From assembly GCA_903860135.1 (NCBI GenBank), contig CAIOPG010000008.1, forward strand, positions 127 through 64,126: a stretch of 64,000 nt of DNA, given 5' to 3'. The notes below the pieces were generated by a model. It was not told the origin of the DNA and ran no database searches. It saw only the letters and a list, made by a program, of their open reading frames with translations. The DNA is from Candidatus Omnitrophota bacterium. Its GTDB lineage: Bacteria > Omnitrophota > Gorgyraeia > Zapsychrales > Fredricksoniimonadaceae. Positions 46,337 through 56,656 of this stretch are shown here, piece by piece (positions within the stretch are counted from its first letter, which is position 1; the number at the start of each line of letters is the position of its first letter). The position numbers and the translations under genes were made by a program.

Positions 46337-48127
46337 TTATTGGTTAAAGTGATAATTCGCCAGGCGCGCGTACAATTCCGAAGTCTTCATCAACGTGTCA
46401 TGCTCCCCCTTCTGGACGATCTTGCCCTGATCCATCACCAGGATGCAGGAGGCATGACGGATCGTCGAGAGGCGGTGCGCGATCACAATGACCGTGCGGT
46501 TCTTCATCAGGTTATCGAGCGCCTGCTGGACAAGGAATTCCGATTCCGCATCGAGGGCCGAGGTGGCTTCATCGAGAAGAAGGATCTTCGGATTCTTCAA
46601 GATCGCGCGCGCGATGCACAGGCGCTGTTTTTGCCCGCCGGACAACTTGAACCCGCGATCGCCAATGACCGTATCCAGCCCGTCAGGCATGCGTTCAATG
46701 AATTCCAGCGCCAGCGCCTGGCGTGCGGCCTCGATGATCTCGTCATCGGTCGCATCCAGCTTCCCGTAACGGAGATTCTCGCGGATACTTTCATTGAAAA
46801 GGATCATGTCCTGCGTCACAAGCCCTTCATGACTGCGCAGGGAATCGACCGTCACCTGCTTGATATCCTGGTCGTCAAAAAGAACCACACCCTTGTCCGG
46901 GTCATAAAAACGCAAGATCATGTTGATCACCGTGGTCTTGCCGCAGCCGGTCGGGCCGACCAGCGCGGTCGTCTTGCCGATCTCAAAATCATGCGCGAAA
47001 TTCTTGATGATCCAGCGTTCCTCGGCCTTTTCGTATTTGAAGGACACATCATGAAAACGGATATATTTTGCCGGTGCCGCGGCCACAACAGCCGTGGGAA
47101 GTTCAACGATGGACGCCTTCCAGTCAAGGATATCGTAAATGCGCTGGGTCGCGGCCAGGGCCTGCTGATTGATCCCGTAAACCGCAGTCAGTTTCTTGAT
47201 AGGCCGCAGGGTGCTCATCAAAGAGCCAACGAGCAGCAGAAAAACACCGAAAGACATCTTGCCATCCAGCACTTCGCGCCCGCCGAACCACAGGATGATC
47301 GCCACCGCAATGCCCGCCAGGAATTCACTCACCGGCGTCAGGAGCAGGGTGCGCCGCAGGCTTTTGACCATGGCCTTGTAATAACGCTTGTTGTCTGTAT
47401 CAAAACGCTCGATCTCATGCTTTTCCCGCGAGAACGCCTTGACGATCGCCACGCCCTGGTTGGTCTCGGCCAGGATCGAGCTTAGATCGGCCATCGACTC
47501 CTGGGACTGGATAGACTGTTTCTTGATCGTTTTACCAACAAGATAAATGAGGGCCGCATTAAAGGCGAAGACAACAATAACAACCACGACAAGTTTCCAG
47601 TTGATGCCGCAGGCGATGAAAAGACAGGCAACCGCGAACATGGACTGGGTCACCAGATCCGTCATGCCGTAAGAGATCGCATTGCTGATAAATCCCGTAT
47701 CATTGGTGATGCGCGACATAAGCTCGCCCTGGCGTTTCTGGCTGTAAAAATCGAGCGACAGCTCCTGGTATTTACGGAACAAATTGCCCCGCACACCGGC
47801 CACAGAACGCTGGGCAACCTCGTTCATGAAATAGCCCTGGGCATAGAAGAAAATCCCTTTGAGGATATAAAAAACAGGCGTCAGCCAGATCATGCCGTAA
47901 AAGATCGTGCGGCGATCGAGGCCGTTCATCCAGTTGACAAAGGCTTGCACCGGCAAGAACGACAGAAAAGCAGGTAGGCTTTTGATCACAATGGGTTGAT
48001 TATTAAAACAACGGTCCGCCACCGGCATGATGGCACTCAACTGCCCGACATCGAACAGCGTCGACGCCAGCATGCATGCAAACCCGGCCAGCAAATAATG
48101 CCAGTGCGGGCGCGAAAGATTGATCAA
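46337..48127 (-). CDS. ABC exporter with fused permease and ATPase (MsbA-like lipid A/glycolipid flippase)
   Basis: 596 aa with an N-terminal 6-TM domain. Walker A GPTGCGKTT, signature LSGGQKQR, Walker B ILLLDEATS. Confidence 0.8.
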   Translation of the reverse strand: MINLSRPHWHYLLAGFACMLASTLFDVGQLSAIMPVADRCFNNQPIVIKSLPAFLSFLPVQAFVNWMNGLDRRTIFYGMIWLTPVFYILKGIFFYAQGYFMNEVAQRSVAGVRGNLFRKYQELSLDFYSQKRQGELMSRITNDTGFISNAISYGMTDLVTQSMFAVACLFIACGINWKLVVVVIVVFAFNAALIYLVGKTIKKQSIQSQESMADLSSILAETNQGVAIVKAFSREKHEIERFDTDNKRYYKAMVKSLRRTLLLTPVSEFLAGIAVAIILWFGGREVLDGKMSFGVFLLLVGSLMSTLRPIKKLTAVYGINQQALAATQRIYDILDWKASIVELPTAVVAAAPAKYIRFHDVSFKYEKAEERWIIKNFAHDFEIGKTTALVGPTGCGKTTVINMILRFYDPDKGVVLFDDQDIKQVTVDSLRSHEGLVTQDMILFNESIRENLRYGKLDATDDEIIEAARQALALEFIERMPDGLDTVIGDRGFKLSGGQKQRLCIARAILKNPKILLLDEATSALDAESEFLVQQALDNLMKNRTVIVIAHRLSTIRHASCILVMDQGKIVQKGEHDTLMKTSELYARLANYHFNQ

Positions 48128-48140
48128 CCGCCAGTATTCT

Positions 48141-49325
48141 TTAATAAGGCCTCCCCTTGTTCTTTAAAAACCGGCCGACACTCCCGATGACATGATCCAG
48201 CTGGGCTAATTCAATATCCTGATGGATCCCGATATGCGTGCCATGATCACTGCAATATTCCGCTTCAGGGAAATCGCCCTTCGTGTAACCCAGAAAGGCA
48301 TAGCTCGGGCACTGCGTGGGCATGGAATAAAAAAGATTGCGCGAATCAATGCCGTCTTCTTCAAAATGAGCCACCAGCGCTTCCTTCGTGAAACCGGCGC
48401 CTTCGCGCACAATGATGGAAAAAGCATGCGGCCCGAGCTGCTCATAAGCTTCTTCTTTAAGCGTGATAAAATAAGCTTCAAAAGCACGGAACTTTTCAAT
48501 CAAATAAAGCATATTGCGCCGGCGCCGGGCCAGGATATCATCGAAGATCGCGATATTCCCCAAACCGACAGCCGCTTCGAGTTCATTCATTTTAGCCGAG
48601 AAACCAATGCGTTCAAAGGTAAATTTTCCCGTCATGCCATGATTGCGCAATGAGCGCAGTGCTTCAGCAAAACGATCACACCCCGTTAAGATCATCCCGC
48701 CTTCAACGGTAGTAATGATGTGAGCGGCATACAGGCTGAAACAGGCCGCATCGCCCATAGCGCCGACTTTGGCGCCGCGATACACCGCCCCATGCGCCTC
48801 GGCGGCATCCTCGATCACTTTTAACCCGTGACGACGGGCAATCGCCCGGACAGCATCCATATCCGCCGGCTTGCCCATCAGGTGCACCGGCATGATCGCC
48901 CGGGTGCGCGCGGTGATGGCCGCCGCGATCTTGTCCGGATCAATGTTAAGCGTATCCCTCTGGACATCCACAAACACCGGCGTCAATCCCGCCTGAAAGA
49001 CCGCATTGCCTGTCGCAATAAAGGAGAGTGCCGGGACAATCACCTCATCGCCGCGCCGGGCGCCAAAATCATACAAGGCCGCGCAGGCCAGGGCATCGGC
49101 ATCGGTCCCACTCGACACCGCCACCGCATGCCTGACGCCGAACAGGGCCGCAAACTTTTCTTCAAATTCCCTGACGTATTTCCCCTTGGTCACCCACCCC
49201 GAATCGAGGGCTTCATTGATCAACCGGCGTGCCAGCGGCGTAATCGAGACCGTCCCAAAAGGTACCTTGTATTCAGCCTTGCGCGATTCCTGCCCGTCTT
49301 TCATATCAGCTTTCCACCATTTCAT
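48141..49325 (-). CDS. DegT/DnrJ/EryC1/StrS-family sugar aminotransferase (second copy)
   Basis: 394-aa family-typical sequence. Confidence 0.75.
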   Translation of the reverse strand: MKWWKADMKDGQESRKAEYKVPFGTVSITPLARRLINEALDSGWVTKGKYVREFEEKFAALFGVRHAVAVSSGTDADALACAALYDFGARRGDEVIVPALSFIATGNAVFQAGLTPVFVDVQRDTLNIDPDKIAAAITARTRAIMPVHLMGKPADMDAVRAIARRHGLKVIEDAAEAHGAVYRGAKVGAMGDAACFSLYAAHIITTVEGGMILTGCDRFAEALRSLRNHGMTGKFTFERIGFSAKMNELEAAVGLGNIAIFDDILARRRRNMLYLIEKFRAFEAYFITLKEEAYEQLGPHAFSIIVREGAGFTKEALVAHFEEDGIDSRNLFYSMPTQCPSYAFLGYTKGDFPEAEYCSDHGTHIGIHQDIELAQLDHVIGSVGRFLKNKGRPY

Positions 49326-50010
49326 TCAGATGCGCCTGGGCCCATACCAAGCGTTCGGGTGTCCCGATATCGATGAACGGTGCCTTGACGTTGCGCGCAT
49401 AAAACCTGTCGCCGATCAACTTGGGGAAAAGATCATACTCAATGGAAAACTTCCCGTCTGGCATAAGGTCGAAAATATCCCTGTTGAAACAATAAATGCC
49501 GGCACTGATATACTGCACGTCGGTAGTCACAAATTTTTCCCTGAACGCGGTGATCTCATCCTGACCATTGACCACCAGTGTCCCGAAATCCTTATTGCCT
49601 TCCACGCGCACCCCCACCAAAGTCGCCCGGGAATTTTTTTGCTGATGAAAAGCCAAAAGCCGGGCATAATCCACCGGCGTGAAACAATCCCCGTTCAGGG
49701 CAAACACCTGCGGGCTCTCAACAAAAGAGACCGCATTCTTCAGCGCGCCGCCAGTGCCCAACGGCTCTTTCTCGACAGAAAAAATGATCTCGATCTGGCT
49801 GAACTTGGCCTTGTAATACACCGCGATCGCCTCAGCCTTATACCCGGCGCACAGGATCACGCGCCGCGCACCCTGCCGGATCAGGTATTTCAACAAAAAA
49901 TCCAGGAACGGCTCTCCCTGCACTTCAGCCATCACCTTGGGAGCATCCCCCGTAACACTCCGCAACCGCGTCCCCAACCCGCCGCAAAGAATCAAAAAAT
50001 CAGTGCCCAT
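49306..50010 (-). CDS. Sugar-phosphate nucleotidyltransferase (HddC-like D-glycero-alpha-D-manno-heptose-1-P guanylyltransferase)
   Basis: N-terminus LILCGGLGTRLR...; 234 aa; adjacent to the GHMP kinase. Confidence 0.7.
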   Translation of the reverse strand: MGTDFLILCGGLGTRLRSVTGDAPKVMAEVQGEPFLDFLLKYLIRQGARRVILCAGYKAEAIAVYYKAKFSQIEIIFSVEKEPLGTGGALKNAVSFVESPQVFALNGDCFTPVDYARLLAFHQQKNSRATLVGVRVEGNKDFGTLVVNGQDEITAFREKFVTTDVQYISAGIYCFNRDIFDLMPDGKFSIEYDLFPKLIGDRFYARNVKAPFIDIGTPERLVWAQAHLNEMVES

Positions 50011-50028
50011 AGCTTCTTCCTTATTTAT

Positions 50029-51027
50029 TTAACCCACCACCCCTGAATCGGGTTGATAAAAAATGATCTGACTGCCGAGTGTTTCAAATTTGAACGGGAT
50101 CTCGAGCAGGCCGGCGAGGGCTTGGCGTACGGCCGGCTTCCGGTCAGGTTCGGCAAAAACAAGGACAAACCCGCCGCCGCCGGCGCCGAGCAGTTTGCCG
50201 CCCAAAGCCCCGGCCTTGAGGGCCTTGCTGTAAATGTCGTCAACACCCGGCGTTGTAATCTTGTTGGAAAGGGTACGTTTGATCTGCCAGCTTTCATCGA
50301 GCAAACGACCAAAGCCCATGAAATCATCGGCCTTAAGGCAACGCAGGGCTTCAGTGACCATGGCATACATGGCTGATAATTCCTTCTGGCGATGCGGGAT
50401 GTTCATGATCTGCTGAGCCGCGATCTCGGAGGCCGTGCGGGAAATTCCCGTAAAGAATAACATCATGTGCTCTTGCAATAAAGCAAGGCTTTCCATGGAC
50501 AACGTAACCTTGGTGACAGAAGGCTCCCCGGCTCCGGCAAACTCAATGTGATGAAAGCCGCCATAAGCGGCCAGGATCTGGTCCTGGCTGCCGACATTCT
50601 CCTTGATCATGGCCTGCTCGATATGGATCGCCTCGCGCGCCAGCTGATCCTTGGCCGTCATGGCTCCGCGCAGGGCGTAAAGGGCATTCAATAACCCCAC
50701 CGTAAAAGCCGAACTGGACCCAAGGCCAGTCCGGGCAGGCAGATCCCCGTCATGATGGATCTCAATCCCTTTGTGCATATCAAGGAACCGCAATGTTTCA
50801 CGCACCGCCGGATGATCAATCTCGTCGATGCCATGCACATGCTCCATCCTGGAATAAATGATCCGCGAACGATGCTCAAAGAACGGCGGCAGATACCGGG
50901 CGGTAATATAGCAATATTTATCAATCGTCGTCGCCAGGACAGCGCCGGGATGATCGTTATACCAGGCAGGATAATCCGTCCCGCCGCCAAAGAAGGATAT
51001 GCGAAAAGGCGTACGGCTGATGATCAT
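50029..51027 (-). CDS. GHMP-family sugar kinase (HddA-like heptose-7-phosphate kinase)
   Basis: GHMP motif PARTGLGSSSAFTVG and C-terminal GAGGGGF. Confidence 0.7.
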   Translation of the reverse strand: MIISRTPFRISFFGGGTDYPAWYNDHPGAVLATTIDKYCYITARYLPPFFEHRSRIIYSRMEHVHGIDEIDHPAVRETLRFLDMHKGIEIHHDGDLPARTGLGSSSAFTVGLLNALYALRGAMTAKDQLAREAIHIEQAMIKENVGSQDQILAAYGGFHHIEFAGAGEPSVTKVTLSMESLALLQEHMMLFFTGISRTASEIAAQQIMNIPHRQKELSAMYAMVTEALRCLKADDFMGFGRLLDESWQIKRTLSNKITTPGVDDIYSKALKAGALGGKLLGAGGGGFVLVFAEPDRKPAVRQALAGLLEIPFKFETLGSQIIFYQPDSGVVG

Positions 51028-52268
51028 CGGGTCCCCCTGATATTGATAGCTGTCATGGCACGGATACCGGCAACGGTATCTGCCCCGAAAACACGCTCCA
51101 TCATGGCCAGATACCCGGCACCTGAGAAATAACGCGCGAAGGCGGCATCCCTGAAAGCCAGGACCGCCTGTCCGGTCACATGCGCTGTTGGTACAGGCTT
51201 GAAAGCCGGGCTCATCTGCGCATATTCTTCCCCCGATACCGGCAGGTCAACCCCCCGGCCGTGCATATCCGCATAAAGTTGACTGCCCGGATAAACGCTG
51301 ACACAATAAAAATTGGCATATTCACACATCAATGCCTCGGCCAGCGCCAACGTGGCTTCCATCGAGGCGCGGTCATCATCCCAGAAACCGAACATAAAAT
51401 TCCCCAGCACATGGATCCCCGCGTCTTTGGTCATGGCCACCACATCCCGGATACGCGCATTGGTGAACTGCCCTTTTAAGGCGGCGCCACGGATCTTTTC
51501 ATCCCCCGACTCGATCCCGTAAGCCAGCCAGCGCACCCCGGCCGCACGCAAACGCGCCAGCAACGGCGGGTTGACCGTGTCGATGCGCGCATAGGCCCAG
51601 ATATTCAGCCGCGGCGCAAGCCCCGTCGCTGTGATGGCCTCACATACCGCACGCACGCCCGGATTATCCATGGCAAAAAGTTCATCCATCATCTTGATAT
51701 TGGTCACACCCTTGGCAGTCAATGCGCGGATATCGGCAGCAACCAGCGCCGGATCGCGCTGACGGTAACCCGAATTATAAAAATCTTTCACACAGCAAAA
51801 GTCACACGCAAACGGGCATGATACGCTCGCAAAAGTTGCGCCATAAGCCTTGTCGCTACGCCCCCAGGCATGCCAATTATGCGCCCGGTATCTTTCAAGG
51901 GCTATCCTGTCCCAGTCCACCGCGCCTGCCTGCACGGGGTCAAAAGGGAGCCGCTCAAAGACATCAACAGGGATACCCCATCTGCCCGTGATAAAAGCCT
52001 TCAAGGCCTGTGCCGCCGAAGCCTGCTGGACATGCGCCGAAGGATGCGAGCCCGTCGCGAGGATAACCGCCCGCCGCACCTGCAATGACCCCAGGCGGGC
52101 CGCAAGCCCCTCGTGATCGAGCCCCTCAGCCTCCATATCGACCACCACACCGTCGGCCACCGTCTGTGCCAACAGCGTGAGCCATACCGGCGGCTCAATG
52201 GCCGACAGGCTGGCCACCCGGCCGTAATGCGCCGCTTTAGTGTTGGGCTTGATGAACGCCGTTGTCAT
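51024..52268 (-). CDS. B12-binding-domain radical SAM enzyme (class B; likely C-methylation or rearrangement of a sugar)
   Basis: Has the CPFACDFC (CxxxCxxC) motif after an N-terminal Rossmann-like region typical of cobalamin-binding radical SAM proteins. Confidence 0.65.
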   Translation of the reverse strand: MTTAFIKPNTKAAHYGRVASLSAIEPPVWLTLLAQTVADGVVVDMEAEGLDHEGLAARLGSLQVRRAVILATGSHPSAHVQQASAAQALKAFITGRWGIPVDVFERLPFDPVQAGAVDWDRIALERYRAHNWHAWGRSDKAYGATFASVSCPFACDFCCVKDFYNSGYRQRDPALVAADIRALTAKGVTNIKMMDELFAMDNPGVRAVCEAITATGLAPRLNIWAYARIDTVNPPLLARLRAAGVRWLAYGIESGDEKIRGAALKGQFTNARIRDVVAMTKDAGIHVLGNFMFGFWDDDRASMEATLALAEALMCEYANFYCVSVYPGSQLYADMHGRGVDLPVSGEEYAQMSPAFKPVPTAHVTGQAVLAFRDAAFARYFSGAGYLAMMERVFGADTVAGIRAMTAINIRGTR

Positions 52269-53200
52269 CAGATATTGGCAAACTGCGTGCGTTTAAGGAT
52301 CTGATACGCCTTCACCAGCTCCCTGATCCCGTCGGCAAGGCTGACGGTTGTCCTGAAACCGGTCCGTTCGATCTTTTCATTCGAAACAATATAATCCCTT
52401 TTATCAGGATCTTCACCGACAGCGGCTTCAACCACATACAGCCCGGGCACATGCTTCTTGATCTCCGCGCACAGCTCCATCTTGCTCAGGTTCGCCTCCG
52501 AAAGGCCGACATTATACGGTTCATTCTTCATCGTATCAAAATGCGCCAGCGCATGGACAAAAGCACCGGCCACGTCGCGTGTATGGATAAAGTTGCGCTT
52601 GAAATGCGCCTCAAAAAGCACGATAAAACGGTCATAGACCGCACGGTACGTGAAATCATTGACCAGGAGATCCAGCCGCATCCGGGGGCTGGCCCCGAAA
52701 GCCGTAGCCAGGCGCAGGGTGATGCCGTGCCCGCTGTCAAGGACCGCTTTCTCGGCGTCGACCTTCAGCCGCCCGTACAACGAAACCGGACGGAGCGGCG
52801 TTGCCTCCGTACAAAATTTCCCCTTCTCGCCAATGCCGTAACCGCTGTTGGTGGTGGGAAAAATGACCGGCTGATCAGGTGATGACAACTCCAGCAGCAT
52901 CCGCACCGCATCAAGAAGAACGCTTTGGGCACCCACAGGATCCTGGGCACATAAAGGAGCGCCGGTCAGGCAGGCCAGCGGGAATACCGCGTCGGCCTCT
53001 GCCATGAGCTTGCGCACAAGGCTCTTGTCCCGCGCATCGCCGCGCACAACGGAAAAGCTTTCCTGATGGCACAAATCCAGGAGCGACGTCTGGCCATACA
53101 TGAAATTGTCCAGGACCACAACTTGATGTCCTTCTGCCAGAAGCCTTGGCACCATCACCGCACCAAGGTATCCCGCCCCGCCTGTTACCAGAATCTTCAT
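52268..53200 (-). CDS. NAD-dependent sugar epimerase/dehydratase (SDR family)
   Basis: N-terminal KILVTGGAGYLG and a YxxxK catalytic dyad. Confidence 0.75.
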   Translation of the reverse strand: MKILVTGGAGYLGAVMVPRLLAEGHQVVVLDNFMYGQTSLLDLCHQESFSVVRGDARDKSLVRKLMAEADAVFPLACLTGAPLCAQDPVGAQSVLLDAVRMLLELSSPDQPVIFPTTNSGYGIGEKGKFCTEATPLRPVSLYGRLKVDAEKAVLDSGHGITLRLATAFGASPRMRLDLLVNDFTYRAVYDRFIVLFEAHFKRNFIHTRDVAGAFVHALAHFDTMKNEPYNVGLSEANLSKMELCAEIKKHVPGLYVVEAAVGEDPDKRDYIVSNEKIERTGFRTTVSLADGIRELVKAYQILKRTQFANI

Positions 53201-53216
53201 GGATCCCCCGCCAGGT

Positions 53217-53792
53217 TTATTTGTCGTTATAATGATTACCCTGCTCGATGATGAGCATCGGTTTCCCGTCAGTCCGTGTCAGGGCATATTCATAGGCCGG
53301 AAAGATATCTTCCGGCGCGTTCAATTCCACAACCTCGATATGCGCCAGCATCCGTTGCCAGGCTTCAACATAATTGCCCACATGCTGATGCCCCGGATGC
53401 ACCGGTTTGTCGGGGCCGGTTGCTGTCCGGATAATGATCCGGGGGCTGGCCATGCCGGGGGCCAGGTCCGCAAATTTATCGAGCATATTGGCCATATCCC
53501 CGGCGGCCAGCATCAGGAAATTCTGCCGCGGATAAATACTGACCGGGATATACCCGCCGAGCGCCAGCCCTAGGGAAAACTGCATCTGAAAACTTTCATT
53601 CACCGGGAACTCCAGGGCTTTGCCCGCCGGGATATCACGCAAGGTCTGGTACATGAACGTGCCAGGAGTCGCCGTCGACTGCCCCAGAAAGATCACCCGC
53701 GGGTCTTGCGCCAGCCACTCCATGGTGCGTTTTAATTCGTCAAAGTATCTCATCAGAATTTGATCAGTTTTCCGACCCCGGAATGAGGCCAT
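53217..53792 (-). CDS. Transketolase-like TPP-enzyme C-terminal (pyrimidine-binding) subunit, unusually short
   Basis: 191 aa with similarity to the transketolase C-section/E1-beta fold. Paired with the upstream TPP-binding subunit. Confidence 0.55.
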   Translation of the reverse strand: MASFRGRKTDQILMRYFDELKRTMEWLAQDPRVIFLGQSTATPGTFMYQTLRDIPAGKALEFPVNESFQMQFSLGLALGGYIPVSIYPRQNFLMLAAGDMANMLDKFADLAPGMASPRIIIRTATGPDKPVHPGHQHVGNYVEAWQRMLAHIEVVELNAPEDIFPAYEYALTRTDGKPMLIIEQGNHYNDK

Positions 53793-54364
53793 CCGTTATG
53801 GTATTTAAAATATTCGATCTTCGTCTCAAACCGTGTGCCCTTGAACCAGGGGTCCGGAGATCCCCAGGCCGCACGCGTATCCGTCATCACACTCAGGGCA
53901 TTATCCGACACCACAAAAACAGCCGGGAGATCAAAATTGACCGCGTATTTCACCGCCTCATGGAAAATGCCGGTTTCAGCCGACATATCCCCGCAAAAAA
54001 GAAAAACACGCCCCTGCTGGCCGCGCCGCTTGAGGGCCCAGGCCATCCCCGTCGCAACCCCCATCAAACTGCCGACAATGCCCGAACAATAGATGTGCTG
54101 TTCAGGAAAACACAAGGCTATGCTCCGCCCGTCGAGGATCGCCTGTTTCAGGACCGCTGGCGGCACACCCTTCAAAAGGCATATCTCATGCGCGTCCCAA
54201 AACGCAAACACATGATCATCAGGGCCGATAGCATATTTATTGAAAATGTGGATCAGCGCGGTCTCACGGCCGGCGCGCAGGTGAACAGGCGCCTTGATGC
54301 GGCCTTCGGTAAAAAGACCGGCGATCTCGTTCTCGAAATGAACAATATCCTGTTCCGTAATCAT
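53753..54364 (-). CDS. Transketolase-like TPP-binding N-terminal subunit, unusually short
   Basis: 203 aa with the TPP-binding GDG...N motif region ([12 protein letters not shown]...VVSDN). Confidence 0.55.
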   Translation of the reverse strand: MITEQDIVHFENEIAGLFTEGRIKAPVHLRAGRETALIHIFNKYAIGPDDHVFAFWDAHEICLLKGVPPAVLKQAILDGRSIALCFPEQHIYCSGIVGSLMGVATGMAWALKRRGQQGRVFLFCGDMSAETGIFHEAVKYAVNFDLPAVFVVSDNALSVMTDTRAAWGSPDPWFKGTRFETKIEYFKYHNGWPHSGVGKLIKF

Positions 54365-55302
54365 GCCGGATGGGCTTTAAACCAGTCGATGGTCAGGCGC
54401 AAGCCTTCCCTCAAAGCCACCTTTGGCTCCCAGCCAAGCTTGGCACGCGCCAGGGAAATGTCAGGCTTGCGTTGACGGGGATCATCCTGCGGCAGGGGCT
54501 TGTAAATGATCCGGCTCTTGCCGCCGACCAGCTCCACAACAATCTTCGCGAATTCATTCATCGTGAACTCATCAGGGTTGCCGATATTGATGGGCCCTGG
54601 TTCACCGGAGAAAAGCAGCTTGAGGATACCGTCGGCTTCATCGGCCACATAACAGAAAGAGCGCGTCTGTTCGCCGTCGCCGTAAACCGTGAGCGGCTGT
54701 CCCTTAAGGGCTAAGTCAATAAAGTTCGGCACCACACGGCCGTCATCACGGTTCATGCGCGGCCCGTAGGTGTTAAAAATACGCACCACCCGGGTGTCCA
54801 CATTATATCGCCGGCGATAAGCGAACGTGATCGCCTCGGCGTAACGCTTGGCCTCATCATAAACACTGCGCGGACCAATAGGATTGACATGCCCCCAGTA
54901 GGTTTCTTTCTGCGGATGTTCTTTGGGGTCCCCGTAAACTTCCGACGTTGATGTCACCAGAAAGACAGCTTTCTTGGCCCTGGCGATCTCGAGCATATGC
55001 TGGGTCCCCTGGGCGCCGACCATGAGCGTTTCAATCGGATACGCCAGATAATCCACAGGACTAGCCGGCGACGCGCAATGCATCACATAGTCGACCCGTC
55101 CGGCCACCTTGAAGGTCTTGGAAACATCCTGACGGATGAACGTAAAAGCCTTGTTCTTCAACAGGTGCGCGATATTGGCTTTTTTGCCGGTGATAAAATT
55201 ATCGAGGCAAATGACCTTGTGGCCACGCGCGATCAGCCTGTCGACCATATGGCTGGGCAAAAATCCTGCTCCGCCGGATATAAGAACTACTTTTTTACGC
55301 AC
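54361..55302 (-). CDS. UDP-glucuronate decarboxylase (UDP-xylose synthase-like)
   Basis: UXS signature [10 protein letters not shown]...DGRVVPNFI and N-terminal GGAGF. Confidence 0.8.
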   Translation of the reverse strand: MRKKVVLISGGAGFLPSHMVDRLIARGHKVICLDNFITGKKANIAHLLKNKAFTFIRQDVSKTFKVAGRVDYVMHCASPASPVDYLAYPIETLMVGAQGTQHMLEIARAKKAVFLVTSTSEVYGDPKEHPQKETYWGHVNPIGPRSVYDEAKRYAEAITFAYRRRYNVDTRVVRIFNTYGPRMNRDDGRVVPNFIDLALKGQPLTVYGDGEQTRSFCYVADEADGILKLLFSGEPGPINIGNPDEFTMNEFAKIVVELVGGKSRIIYKPLPQDDPRQRKPDISLARAKLGWEPKVALREGLRLTIDWFKAHPA

Positions 55303-56645
55303 ACTGCTCCTGACATGGTTGGCCGGGGCTCACCGCGCCCGATACCGTGATATTCAAAGCCCTTATCCGTAAAGGCGTTCTTATCAAAGAAATTACGCCC
55401 GTCGAAAACAACCGCCTGACGCATCAGATCGCGCGCCCTGCCCAGGTCAACCTTCAGGAATTCATCCCACTCGGTCAGCACCAGTAAACAATCCGCCCCT
55501 TTCACGGCAGCGTACGCATCCGCGCAAAACTTGACATCCTTCAATTCATGCCGGGCATTGGCCATCGCCTTGGGATCATAGGCCTGGATACGCGCGCCCT
55601 CGGCTTGAAGTACACGGATAATATCAAGAGAAGCGGCACGGCGCATATCATCGGTATTGGCCTTGAACGCCAGGCCCCAGACCGCGATCGTTTTGCCCTT
55701 GATGATCCATAGTTTATCTTCTACCAGCTGGATGAACGCCGCCTTCTGCTGTTCATTCACGTCCCGGACACTTTTTAAGAGCTTGAAATCATACCCGCTT
55801 TTCTCGGCGAGCCGGATAAAGGCATCCACATCCTTGGGGAAACAACTGCCGCCATAACCAATGCCGGCATTAAGAAAAGCCCTGCCGATGCGCTTGTCAT
55901 ACCCCATCCCCTCAGCCACTTTCAGGACATCCGCGCCCACCCGGTCACAGACCTGTGCCACGGCATTGATAAAAGAGATCTTCGCCGCCAGGAACGAATT
56001 GGCGGCATGCTTGATCATTTCTGCGGAAGCCAGATTGGTCACAACGATCCTGGCCTTGAGCGGCTTATACACCTCACGGAGCAGTTTTTCAGCACGGGCC
56101 GACTCCACACCAATAACAATGCGGTCAGGATGCATGAAATCCTCGATCGCCGCCCCCTCGCGCAGGAACTCGGGATTAGACGCCACGTCAAACTCGATGG
56201 CCGCGACACCGGTCTTGCCTTTTCTGGCGGCAAGATTCAGCCTGACCGTGCGTTCAATGCGGTTGCCCGTCTGCGCCGGCACCGTTGATTTCTCCACCAG
56301 CAACTTGTAGCCATCCATATGCCGCGCGATCTCGCGCGCCACATTCTCGATGAAAGTCAGGTCAGCGTCACCATTAGGCTTTGACGGCGTTCCCACCGCG
56401 ATGAAGATAACCTCGGCATTCTTCACCGCTGTGCCGATGGCCCCTGAAAAAGCAAGCCGCTTGAGCTTGCGGTATTTAAGGATCATCTCTTCAAGGCCGG
56501 GTTCATAGATCGGCACCTGGCCCGCCTTGAGCTTCTTGATCTTCTCAAGATCATTGTCCACACAGATCACATGATGCCCTATGTGCGCCAGGCATACCCC
56601 CGTAACAAGCCCCACATACCCCGAACCAACGACGGTAATATTCAT
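55287..56645 (-). CDS. ugd: UDP-glucose 6-dehydrogenase
   Basis: N-terminal [16 protein letters not shown]; catalytic Cys region GGSCFPKD. Confidence 0.85.
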   Translation of the reverse strand: MNITVVGSGYVGLVTGVCLAHIGHHVICVDNDLEKIKKLKAGQVPIYEPGLEEMILKYRKLKRLAFSGAIGTAVKNAEVIFIAVGTPSKPNGDADLTFIENVAREIARHMDGYKLLVEKSTVPAQTGNRIERTVRLNLAARKGKTGVAAIEFDVASNPEFLREGAAIEDFMHPDRIVIGVESARAEKLLREVYKPLKARIVVTNLASAEMIKHAANSFLAAKISFINAVAQVCDRVGADVLKVAEGMGYDKRIGRAFLNAGIGYGGSCFPKDVDAFIRLAEKSGYDFKLLKSVRDVNEQQKAAFIQLVEDKLWIIKGKTIAVWGLAFKANTDDMRRAASLDIIRVLQAEGARIQAYDPKAMANARHELKDVKFCADAYAAVKGADCLLVLTEWDEFLKVDLGRARDLMRQAVVFDGRNFFDKNAFTDKGFEYHGIGRGEPRPTMSGAVCVKK

Positions 56646-56656
56646 GTCATCCCTTC

